Shown: positions 12,801 through 22,765 of the stretch, in pieces | Position numbering within the stretch: the stretch's first letter is position 1 | Layout of the letters: each line of letters begins with the position of its first letter | Program-made: the position numbers and the translations under genes | Notes under the pieces: generated by a model | Told to the model about the DNA's origin: nothing | Seen by the model: the letters and a program-made list of their open reading frames with translations, nothing else | The model's database searches: none | From: Owenia fusiformis | Taxonomy: Eukaryota | DNA length: 64,000 bases | Direction of reading: 5' to 3' | Assembly: GCA_903813345.2 (NCBI GenBank) | Contig: CAIIXF020000001.1 | Location: 2,232,001-2,296,000 of the forward strand

Positions 12801-15800
12801 CTTTGCTCCATAAGGAATTTTCAAGATGGCTTCTTAATTCAAAACTGCCACCAAAACATGTTATTTTGGATAAATCAAATACTATATGTGAATACTTAAG
12901 AAGAATTTTTGGAGATGATTGTTGAATTCAAAATGATTCCCATATTTCAGAAAAAGGCAATTTTTGATAACTCAAACACCAGATTTGGTACAGATTCTAT
13001 AGCCTGATATTCTATAGTCTTATGGGCATAAAAACCCTTACGTTTAGATTATTTCAAGAGTGTAGTCTCATCCACCTTTAATATGAATGCAATTTTTTTT
13101 TGTTGAAAGCGGTGTAGAAGTGAGTGACTGTGGCCAGTATCTGGTGTGCGGTGTAAGGGAGGGTTGCGATCCAGTCAACAGGCTCTTCTTCTGTGACCTA
13201 CATTCCCTAAAAGATGGCATCTCAGGGCTCTTACCATGGGTCAAGGTCGTAGATAATTTTGATGCTGAATATGAAGTAAGTAAAAAAGAATATATTTGGC
13301 ATCATACAATAATTAAAGACACTGGCAATAATAATAACATGCATTTTGTGTTAACAAAAAATTTTAAGACTTTTTAGACGACCCTAGTATATTTTTTATA
13401 ATTGTAAAGGAAAAATTATCAGAAAATTCTTTTCAATTGCTTTTAGTATGTACTTGAGATGATACTGACAACAGTAAAAACTAACAGTAACTTTAGAAAA
13501 GTTGGAACAACACAAATAATATACAATAAATGTAAATCTTAAATTTCAGTATATTACCAATGAGGGAACAGTGTTTACATTTAAGACCAATCTCAACTCA
13601 CCAAACTACAAGCTCATTAACATTGACTTCAGCAATTACAACATGGTAAGATTAAGTTTTCATGATGATGACAGAATTCGTCAATAAAATATGTTAAAGT
13701 TATAGAGTGCAAATGAAATTTACAAAGTGACTTTGAAACAAATCATTTCCGAAAGAATGGTGGCAAAATCTGAAACACCTTTCAAGCATTATTTGAAATT
13801 ACCTTTCAAGCATTCTTGTAAAATCCACCAACAAATACTTTTCAAGCATTCTGGGATATTCCCCCAATAAACAGCTTACATTTTAATATTTTTCAGCTTT
13901 GGTCATATTTAACCAGTCACATTTGAATAACATTGATTTCTGTGCGTTTGATTGCTGGCTATGTAATTATGTACAAAGAAGAAATATTACACTCAATTAT
14001 AAATTGTGTAAACTTTTTGCAGGAATTTTGGAAGGATCTTGTGGCAGAAGATAAAGATGACGTCCTTGAGTGGGCCGGTTGTGTTCACCAATCAAAATTG
14101 ATCCTCTGCTATCTGCATGATGTCAAGGTGGGGAGATATGACATTGATATGATGTCAGTATGAATCTGTTCTGTGTGAATTCAGATGTCTATATGAACAT
14201 AGGATTGATTGTGACCATGTCTAATAATGTGATCAGTAACTCAGAATGGCCTTTTTGTGCTCAGTAGTGGTGTCAGCTTTTTGTGGATCGATTTGGAACC
14301 AATGCTATCCAACGTCATTTGTACCATAATGCACCATTAGAGCCCTGGTTATTTTGTTTTTTCCAGAATGTCCTCTATATGCACAGCTTACAGTCAGGTG
14401 AGAGGCTCACTACATTCCCATTAGATGTTGGCAGCATCGTGGGCTTCTCAGGCAAGAAGAAAAACTCAATGGTATGCATTCTTCATTTCTTTATGCAGTA
14501 TTTCCTCACTATGATATCTGTTATGTTCTATTCTTTTTGATTCAAAAATTTCCAAAGTAACAGAAAAAGGACATTTTTAACGGGGTGAATGAAAATATCT
14601 TTAGAAATTTCAGATTGTCAACTTTATTTTGAAAATTTTTTGAAACTACATGTATAATCATAATATTTTGCCATTTTTATTTCATTTAGCACAGTCTTAG
14701 CTAACTGGTTTATTAAAATTCTATTAGGAACACTCACTGTGATAGTTCAAGAGTGCACTAATGAGACAACGCCAAGTTGCTTTTCATATCTCTATTCACT
14801 GATAAAGCAACTTGTTTCGTATACCTCTTTTGGAGAGGTTTCACATTGGCTTAGAATATAATCAAAACTATTATTTCATTTCCAGATGTTCTACCAGTTT
14901 ACCTCGTTCCTTACCCCTGGTGTAATCTATATGTGTGATCTTACTCAGGAAACATTACAACCCAAAGTAAGTACACTAATGGATGAAATTCATCAATGCT
15001 GTTTGACAAAGTATGACAATTTATTTGGAGGTGGAAGGGGTCATAGACTTGTGGCCATCTTCTATCTGATGATAGATTTCTGCTGAGAAGTTTTCTGATT
15101 TTATATGTTTATTTCAAAATGTTAAAATAAATGTATATGTATGATGTTATTTATAACTGATGTTTTGATGTGATCCCTTTAACAGCAAATTCAACATGGA
15201 GCCCTTGTTTCTAGACTGCAAATGAGAATCTTGGGCAATTAAGATTATGGAGTTCTGGGCTTAAATCTTTTAGTATAATCGTGCATTGTGAATTTAGAGC
15301 TATATATTTGTAAATCTAAGTAAAGTTAAAGATGACATTCTGCTTTTTGTATTTCATAATGTGTCCATGCTTGTTTACAGGAAAACCTGTATATCCAAAC
15401 ACCTCTCTAATCTGAACACCTCTCAATGTGAACTCATATGTGTTTGGATTAGACACTGTTTTCTGCGCTTTACATTATTTCTTGCTGAATCTCATTTTTC
15501 CACTCTATTTTGCATTTCAAAATTTCCCAACTTTTACATTTTTAGTTTGTATGTGTATTCTACAGGTGTTCAGAGAGACTCAACTGAAGGACTTTGACTC
15601 CAGTCAGTTCCAAACAGACCAGGTCTTCTACCCTAGCAAAGATGGGACAAAAATTCCTATGTTTATTGTCCATAAAAAGGTAAGTAATATGACCAACAAT
15701 ATAGTTTACATGGGCTATATAGAAATACATATTACCTTTATTTGATACTTGTCTGACTTACATAGAAAACCGAGGAGGAAAACCTTATATATGTTCATAT

Positions 15801-18800
15801 GTATAGTGTTAAGTTTGAAATTTTTACAGGGCATAGATCTCACTGGTGACCACCCAGTACTGCTGTATGGCTATGGAGGTTTCAACATATCTATCACCCC
15901 AAGTTTTAGTGTGAGTCGTATTGTTTTTATGCGCCACCTGGGTGGAATCCTGGCTGTCCCCAATATAAGGGGAGGAGGGTAAGCAGACATCAACTTGAAT
16001 AATTAAGTGAACTTTTAAATTGAAATGTGAACTCAATGTTAATTTTAGGCCAGAAAGAAAAATTAACCCCTTCTTAATTCATGAAACATTGGTTGCTCAT
16101 AAGCAGTGCTTAGTGCCTCACTATGAATTTCCTTAGTATAAATATAATGTAATACATTTAAACTTCATTTTAAAGTTGTTCTTTGGTGTACATGTTGTAA
16201 TGTGCTGCTTTGCAGAGAGTATGGACAGAAGTGGCATGATGGTGGACGTCTGGCTCGCAAACAGAATGTATTTGATGACTTTCAGACTGCTGCAGAGTAC
16301 CTGATCAAAAACAAATACACATGTCCAAAAAGGTAATATTAGTTATTTGTTGAGGTCGATATGTCGAATTGATTTAGTGTTTTTATTATTATTACATTAT
16401 GCTGGTATCATCACAAACCAAGGAGCCTGTGAGCTGTGAAGTAATGTTCAAGTGTATTATGAACCTTTGTACAATCCCCCCATAAATGGTATTGTTTAAA
16501 AGTAAACTAAGATACAAACACTGTTTATTTTAGGATAACCATCAATGGTGGGTCTAATGGAGGCCTATTGGTTGGAGCATGTGCTAAGTAAACTAAAGAT
16601 ACAAACACTGCTTATTTTAGAATAACCATCAATGGTGGGTCTAATGGAGGCCTATTGGTTGGAGCATGTGCTAAGTAAACTAAAGATACAAACACTGTTT
16701 ATTTTAGAATAACCATCAATGGTGGGTCTAATGGAGGCCTATTGGTTGGAGCATGTGCTAAGTAAACTAAAGATACAAACACTGTTTATTTTAGAATAAC
16801 CATCAATGGTGGGTCTAATGGAGGCCTATTGGTTGGAGCATGTGCTAAGTAAACTAAAGATACAAACACTGCTTATTTTAGAATAACCATCAATGGTGGG
16901 TCTAATGGAGGCCTATTGGTTGGAGCATGTGCTAAGTAAACTAAAGATACAAACACTGTTTATTTTAGGATAACCATCAATGGTGGGTCTAATGGAGGCC
17001 TATTGGTTGGAGCTTGTGCTAAGTAAACTAAAGATACAAACACTGTTTATTTTAGGATAACCATCAATGGTGGGTCTAATGGAGGTCTATTGGTTGGAGC
17101 ATGTGCTAAGTAAACTAAAGATGCAAACACTGTTTATTTTAGAATAACCATCAATGGTGGGTCTAATGGAGGCCTATTGGTTGGAGCGTGTGCTAAGTAA
17201 ACTAAAGATACAAACACTGTTTATTTTAGGATAACCATCAATGGTGGGTCTAATGGAGGCCTATTGGTTGGAGCATGTGCTAAGTAAACTAAAGATACAA
17301 ACACTGTTTATTTTAGGATAACCATCAATGGTGGGTCTAATGGAGGCCTATTGGTTGGAGCATGTGCTAAGTAAACTAAAGCTACAAACACTGTTTATTT
17401 TAGAATAACCATCAATGGTGGGTCTAATGGAGGTCTATTGGTTGGAGCATGTGCTAAGTAAACTAAAGATACAAACACTGTTTATTTTAGAATAACCATC
17501 AATGGTGGGTCTAATGGAGGCCTATTGGTTGGAGCATGTGCTAAGTAAACTAAAGATACAAACACTGTTTATTTTAGAATAACCATCAATGGTGGGTCTA
17601 ATGGAGGCCTATTGGTTGGAGCATGTGCTAAGTAAACTAAAGATACAAACACTGTTTATTTTAGGATAACCATCAATGGTGGGTCTAATGGAGGCCTATT
17701 GGTTGGAGCATGTGCTAAGTAAACTAAAGATACAAACACTGTTTATTTTAGAATAACCATCAATGGTGGGTCTAATGGAGGCCTATTGGTTGGAGCATGT
17801 GCTAAGTAAACTAAAGATACAAACACTGTTTATTTTAGAATAACCATCAATGGTGGGTCTAATGGAGGCCTATTGGTTGGAGCATGTGCTAAGTAAACTA
17901 AAGATACAAACACTGTTTATTTTAGGATAACCATCAATGGTGGGTCTAATGGAGGTCTATTGGTTGGAGCATGTGCTAAGTAAACTAAAGATGCAAACAC
18001 TGTTTATTTTAGAATAACAATCAATGGTGGGTCTAATGGAGGCCTATTGGTTGGAGCGTGTGCTAAGTAAACTAAAGATACAAACACTGTTTATTTTAGA
18101 ATAACCATCAATGGTGGGTCTAATGGAGGTCTATTGGTTGGAGCATGTGCTAAGTAAACTAAAGATGCAAACACTGTTTATTTTAGAATAACCATCAATG
18201 GTGGGTCTAATGGAGGCCTATTGGTTGGAGCATGTGCTAAGTAAACTAAAGATACAAACACTGTTTATTTTAGAATAACCATCAATGGTGGGTCTAATGG
18301 AGGTCTATTGGTTGGAGCATGTGCTAAGTAAACTAAAGATACAAACACTGTTTATTTTAGAATAACCATCAATGGTGGGTCTAATGGAGGCCTATTGGTT
18401 GGAGCATGTGCTAAGTAAACTAAAGATACAAACACTGTTTATTTTAGGATAACCATCAATGGTGGGTCTAATGGAGGCCTATTGGTTGGAGCATGTGCTA
18501 AGTAAACTAAAGATACAAACACTGTTTATTTTAGAATAACCATCAATGGTGGGTCTAATGGAGGCCTATTGGTTGGAGCATGTGCTAAGTAAACTAAAGA
18601 TACAAACACTGTTTATTTTAGAATAACCATCAATGGTGGGTCTAATGGAGGCCTATTGGTTGGAGCGTGTGCTAAGTAAACTAAAGATACAAACACTGTT
18701 TATTTTAGAATAACCATCAATGGTGGGTCTAATGGAGGCCTATTGGTTGGAGCATGTGCTAAGTAAACTAAAGATGCAAACACTGTTTATTTTAGAATAA

Positions 18801-21800
18801 CCATCAATGGTGGGTCTAATGGAGGCCTATTGGTTGGAGCATGTGCTAAGTAAACTAAAGATACAAACACTGTTTATTTTAGGATAACCATCAATGGTGG
18901 GTCTAATGGAGGCCTATTGGTTGGAGCATGTGCTAAGTAAACTAAAGATACAAACACTGTTTATTTTAGGATAACCATCAATGGTGGGTCTAATGGAGGC
19001 CTATTGGTTGGAGCATGAGCTAAGTAAACTAAAGATACAAACACTGTTTATTTTAGGATAACCATCAATGGTGGGTCTAATGGAGGCCTATTGGTTGGAG
19101 CATGTGCTAAGTAAACTAAAGATACAAACACTGTTTATTTTAGAATAACCATCAATGGTGGGTCTAATGGAGGCCTATTGGTTGGAGCATGTGCTAAGTA
19201 AACTAAAGATACAAACACTGTTTATTTTAGAATAACCATCAATGGTGGGTCTAATGGAGGCCTATTGGTTGGAGCATGTGCTAAGTAAACTAAAGATACA
19301 AACACTGTTTATTTTAGAATAACCATCAATGGTGGGTCTAATGGAGGCCTATTGGTTGGAGCATGTGCTAAGTAAACTAAAGATACAAACACTGTTTATT
19401 TTAGAATAACCATCAATGGTGGGTCTAATGGAGGCCTATTGGTTGGAGCATGTGCTAAGTAAACTAAAGATACAAACACTGTTTATTTTAGAATAACCAT
19501 CAATGGTGGGTCTAATGGAGGCCTATTGGTTGGAGCGTGTGCTAAGTAAACTAAAGATACAAACACTGTTTATTTTAGAATAACCATCAATGGTGGGTCT
19601 AATGGAGGCCTATTGGTTGGAGCATGTGCTAAGTAAACTAAAGATACAAACACTGTTTATTTTAGAATAACCATCAATGGTGGGTCTAATGGAGGCCTAT
19701 TGGTTGGAGCATGTGCTAAGTAAACTAAAGATACAAACACTGTTTATTTTAGAATAACCATCAATGGTGGGTCTAATGGAGGCCTATTGGTTGGAGCATG
19801 TGCTAAGTAAACTAAAGATACAAACACTGTTTATTTTAGAATAACCATCAATGGTGGGTCTAATGGAGGTCTATTGGTTGGAGCATGTGCTAAGTAAACT
19901 AAAGATACAAACACTGTTTATTTTAGAATAACCATCAATGGTGGGTCTAATGGAGGCCTATTGGTTGGAGCATGTGCTAAGTAAACTAAAGATACAAACA
20001 CTGCTTATTTTAGAATAACCATCAATGGTGGGTCTAATGGAGGCCTATTGGTTGGAGCATGTGCTAAGTAAACTAAAGATACAAACACTGTTTATTTTAG
20101 AATAACCATCAATGGTGGGTCTAATGGAGGTCTATTGGTTGGAGCATGTGATAAGTAAACTAAAGATACAAACACTGTTTATTTTAGGATAACCATCAAT
20201 GGTGGGTCTAATGGAGGTCTATTGGTTGGAGCATGTGATAAGTAAACTAAAGATACAAACACTGTTTATTTTAGGATAACCATCAATGGTGGGTCTAATG
20301 GAGGCCTATTGGTTGGAGCATGTGCTAAGTAAACTAAAGATACAAACACTGTTTATTTTAGGATAACCATAAATGGTGGGTCTAATGGAGGCCTATTGGT
20401 TGGAGCATGTGCTAAGTAAACTAAAGATACAAACACTGTTTATTTTAGAATAACCATCAATGGTGGGTCTAATGGAGGCCTATTGGTTGGAGCGTGTGCT
20501 AAGTAAACTAAAGATGCAAACACTGTTTATTTTAGAATAACCATCAATGGTGGGTCTAATGGAGGCCTATTGGTTGGAGCATGTGCTAAGTAAACTAAAG
20601 ATGCAAACACTGTTTATTTTAGAATAACCATCAATGGTGGGTCTAATGGAGGCCTATTGGTTGGAGCGTGTGCTAAGTAAACTAAAGATGCAAACACTGT
20701 TTATTTTAGAATAACCATCAATGGTGGGTCTAATGGAGGCCTATTGGTTGGAGCATGTGCTAAGTAAACTAAAGATACAAACACTGTTTATTTTAGAATA
20801 ACCATCAATGGTGGGTCTAATGGAGGCCTATTGGTTGGAGCATGTGCTAAGTAAACTAAAGATACAAACACTGTTTATTTTAGAATAACCATCAATGGTG
20901 GGTCTAATGGAGGCCTATTGGTTGGAGCATGTGCTAAGTAAACTAAAGATACAAACACTGTTTATTTTAGAATAACCATCAATGGTGGGTCTAATGGAGG
21001 CCTATTGGTTGGAGCGTGTGCTAAGTAAACTAAAGATGCAAACACTGTTTATTTTAGGATAACCATCAATGGTGGGTCTAATGGAGGCCTATTGGTTGGA
21101 GCGTGTGCTAACCAGAGACCAGACCTGTTTGGATGTGCCATAGCTCAAGTTGGGTAAGTTTACATTGTATTTACATTCTCAGCTATCACACACAGACTGA
21201 AGCATAACTGTCCACTCATACCAGAGGCCTTATGTGTAGTCAGCAACTTGACTCCAATTCCACTGTTTTCTTACCTTGATCATGCAGCTAAATTACTTGC
21301 AAAGAGGCCTTGAGCCAGTTAGGTCATTCTGTGCCAGTTTTGTCTAGTGGTATGTAAACCAACTTGACATAGGAGTACAATGTATGAGCACTTACATCTT
21401 CTTAATAATAATATACAGATGGAAGTAAAGTAAATCTACTTTAATAGATGAATCCTAAGTAATATAAGAGTTTTATGTACACATATAATTTCATAATTTG
21501 CAAAAATTACTCTAATGAAATGTTATTGTAGAGTAATGGATATGTTGAGATTCCACAAGTTCACAATAGGGCATGCTTGGACTACAGACTTTGGGTGCGC
21601 AAACAAAAACAAAGAGGAATTTGATTGGCTGTATAAGTAAGTTAGCTTACCTTATCTGAGCTGTTATGTATTATTTAATACTATCTATACATACAAATTG
21701 GAATAAAAGGCACAATGTACTCATATGTACATAGATAGGCCTATCTAAACTTCTAAGGAGTTTTTGTGAACATTCTTTTATCCCATCTTAATACCTTAAA

Positions 21801-22765
21801 AATGTGTGTGTAAAATGCATCCTTATGTGTAAAAATGCATCCTTATGCTGAAACATATGTTTCTATCCAGATACTCTCCACTCCACACAATATCAGTCCC
21901 AAGTGATGACACGCAGTACCCTGCCACCTTACTTCTCACTGGTGACCACGATGACAGAGTCGTACCTCTGCACTCTCTCAAGTTCATGGCAGAGCTACAG
22001 CACAAGTTCAAGGGATGTACCAAGCAAACTTCTCCATTGATGATACGTGTAGACACCAAGTCAGGACATGGTGCTGGAAAACCAACAGCTAAAAGAGTAA
22101 GTACATGTATACAGGAAAATCTGTAGAATCCATATGCCACTTGGACCAACAAAAGGTGTTCGGATAAGCAGGTGTTCACGTTTTTAGGCTTTTATTAACA
22201 TGGTTTTATAACCATAAAACATAAACATAATCTGTGGCCGACCAGTGTTTACTTTGTGGGGTGTTCAGATTAGGGAATTGTCCAGATATACAGGTTTTAC
22301 ATGTATTGTACAGTAAAATTTGAGATGAACAGGGGCAGAGATACGAAATCCTGTATTTATATAACATTGAAGTTCAGATTAATATAAAAGATTTCAAAAT
22401 ATGAGTCCCCATTTAATTCTAAGAACAAAAACTTTTATGCATTTACCTATTCTGGAATTAACATAAAGGGTATCAATTCAAATATAAAGTAGACATTGCC
22501 GTCATACTAGTTTCAGTGAAAAATAGCGAAAATGCAAGTTCTTTACTTTCCATTGTAATAGTTAACTAGAATAAAATAAAATTTACATTTCTTTGATCTA
22601 CGAGTACAATTCCCAAATTTTTCTTTATGTGTGTTTTCATTACAAAAGTCGCTTAATTAAGTAGAATAACAGTATTCATTATTTCCTTTCACCTTTTAGA
22701 TTGAGGAGATCTGTGATATCTACAGCTTTATGGTCCTTAATATGAATCTACAATGGAAGGATTAG
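3819..22765 (+). CDS. PREP: Prolyl endopeptidase (prolyl oligopeptidase, peptidase S9A), 18 exons, about 711 aa
   Basis: Exons 3819-3884, 5861-5988, 10931-11026, 11190-11358, 11868-11969, 12319-12467, 13110-13275, 13550-13645, 14023-14127, 14367-14471, 14886-14966, 15566-15679, 15830-15978, 16216-16332, 21058-21153, 21532-21636, 21871-22096, 22700-22765. They sum to 2136 nt in frame. Motifs: [14 protein letters not shown], catalytic Ser GGSNGG, Asp DHDDRV, His GHGAGK. Confidence 0.96.
4744..4933. mobile_element. Short MITE with 5-bp TSD
   Basis: Imperfect TIRs CAAGGCCCATATCCAGG / CCTGGCTAAGGCCCTG, flanked by CATCC at 4739-4743 and 4934-4938. Confidence 0.6.
4996..5643 (-). mobile_element. 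Helentron/HINE-like non-autonomous element
   Basis: Terminal hairpin ATCCCAACGAAC-GAA-GTTCGGTAGGGAT followed by a (CCGT/CAGT)n microsatellite. The other end is TTGGGAT...CTAGTT. This layout matches DINE-1/HINE-type elements; the family assignment is inference. Confidence 0.55.
6046..10370 (+). mobile_element. Non-LTR retrotransposon (LINE, CR1/L2-group-like), apparently intact, sense-oriented in PREP intron 2
   Basis: Uninterrupted APE+RT ORF; 3' AATAAA followed by a (TAA)n/A tail at about 10349-10370; candidate 10-bp TSD ATTTGGATAT at 6036-6045 and 10371-10380. Confidence 0.85.
6522..10175 (+). CDS. LINE ORF: hydrophobic leader, 2A-like motif, APE endonuclease, reverse transcriptase, C-terminal Cys/His motif
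   Basis: 1217-codon ORF with first ATG at 6639. Motifs [28 protein letters not shown] (APE); [38 protein letters not shown] (RT); CTCG...HFLFQC. Confidence 0.92.
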   Translation: MTIGLFNHLHILKQPKCRQNRIPITRDLLFFELIKPPLVMYMLLYAYLRFFDISYVIYGILLLLYLVSCITTCLFLPLLIIYHINQHLKYIVSPYSLCLTLKVLATSCVVPGICILTFAPNLKMLLLLIAGDVHPNPGPNNLSFLFSNINSLSANGGTRFDSLKLRINELSPSIIGLCEAGISKSKMDSGDFDINNYNVFYSERGRGLVIYTHKTLVTKISNDFIIDGLDILLVTVIVNHKRILFGTCYRSPSQNATETRNYFSLLETQLDQIVTSQPAFDHVILMGDLNAKHSIWYDNDDINLAGTKLLETIDNQDFVQLVSEPTRITDHSKSCIDHILTDSPDIFDNWDVTDPIEKTDHSTIVAQIKVGVTKSKPIKKTIWKYHEANLETLNDAIRNTEWTDIIDRNIDLDLATSNFIEKLSDIYKSKIPNKIITVRSNDQPWFNNNLKREISKKKVLYKKFSKAPNQVNKFNYNQQASKVSQLIEQAKEAHELKTISSIDQLNKSDKNYWRLIKSFLGNNLHKNDISSIYDDVSGHDLSNNLDIANRFMSFFASKNHTDATFDQLPHFPIRTNSLLISAQTDQFEVMKIILSLDTSKACGPDNITNKMLNLTAHTISKPLANLFNKLLSKCTYPDIWKIGNVCPIFKKNDKSNINNYRPITLLSCISKVFEKVLADRIRKHLIDNNLLFKHQSGFLPGHSTIHQLLSIEHLLQSTFEQGKASKTIFLDIAAAFDRVPHKLLLHKLSAYGFQGQIQKIIKSYLTNRKIAVQISGKLSNYSENDFINCGVPQGSILGPILFLLYINDLPDNLEGHCYIYADDTSLHHPFDPKHPQEVDAIARSNLIKIEKWSDTWKLEFKPEKSSEMIFHSSRSKVDNVSVSKLNNVEITRDHEHKHLGFTFDPSLSYDKHIGEITSKIRKMLNPLKKLKYKLGSKHLETIFKSFILPHFDYGAIMYSTASKFLLQRLDSLYYKAALYCSGCIQGSSSKKVLNLLNWPTLESRRSIQINNFMFKIVNGTSPPYVTDIFDKFRNHANRVLRYNEAFKMPIRCSNRFSTSAIPAAISNWINLPPAIKSKNTLSNFKKHQRVHFQKTPSFLSTSQLNLTRVQEIVLNKVRADLYFKAQFYAHNFQSIDSPNCTCGKPQTLKHFLFQCDLLTIQRQQFMDKLTDLEPNIFSHNLSQTDFIAILKTGIPKLNIDANSQILLLIVNFIKDNS
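16502..21111 (+). repeat. 87-bp tandem array made of the PREP intron-14 3' end (33 nt) plus the first 54 nt of exon 15; 53 acceptor sites
   Basis: Unit GTAAACTAAAGATACAAACACTGTTTATTTTAG + RATAACCATCAATGGTGGGTCTAATGGAGGCCTATTGGTTGGAGCATGTGCTAA. First exon-part starts at 16534 and last at 21058; the difference of 4524 equals 52 x 87. Only the last copy continues into [15 protein letters not shown]. Confidence 0.98.
22107..22305. mobile_element. Small degenerate MITE (TACAG..AAAACCTGT / ACAGGTTTT..TGTA family); relatives near 15376-15460, 31122-31287 and 37521-37776
   Basis: Shared ends AAAACCTG / CAGGTTTT in a TA context, with internal GAACAC/GTGTTC motifs. A Tc1/mariner-like origin is inference. 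Confidence 0.45.

Noticed and set aside
19016-19018. TGA at a Cys codon as selenocysteine recoding
   Set aside because: It occurs in a single repeat copy at a non-catalytic position and I identified no SECIS; a point mutation or read error is simpler.
16534-21057. One long repetitive coding exon (87 bp = 29 codons)
   Set aside because: The PREP frame hits TAA in every unit and the ORF track shows no long ORF in any frame.
16502-21111. CRISPR-like array
   Set aside because: There are no unique spacers; whole units are near-identical and derive from the host PREP intron-exon junction. The context is eukaryotic with no cas genes.
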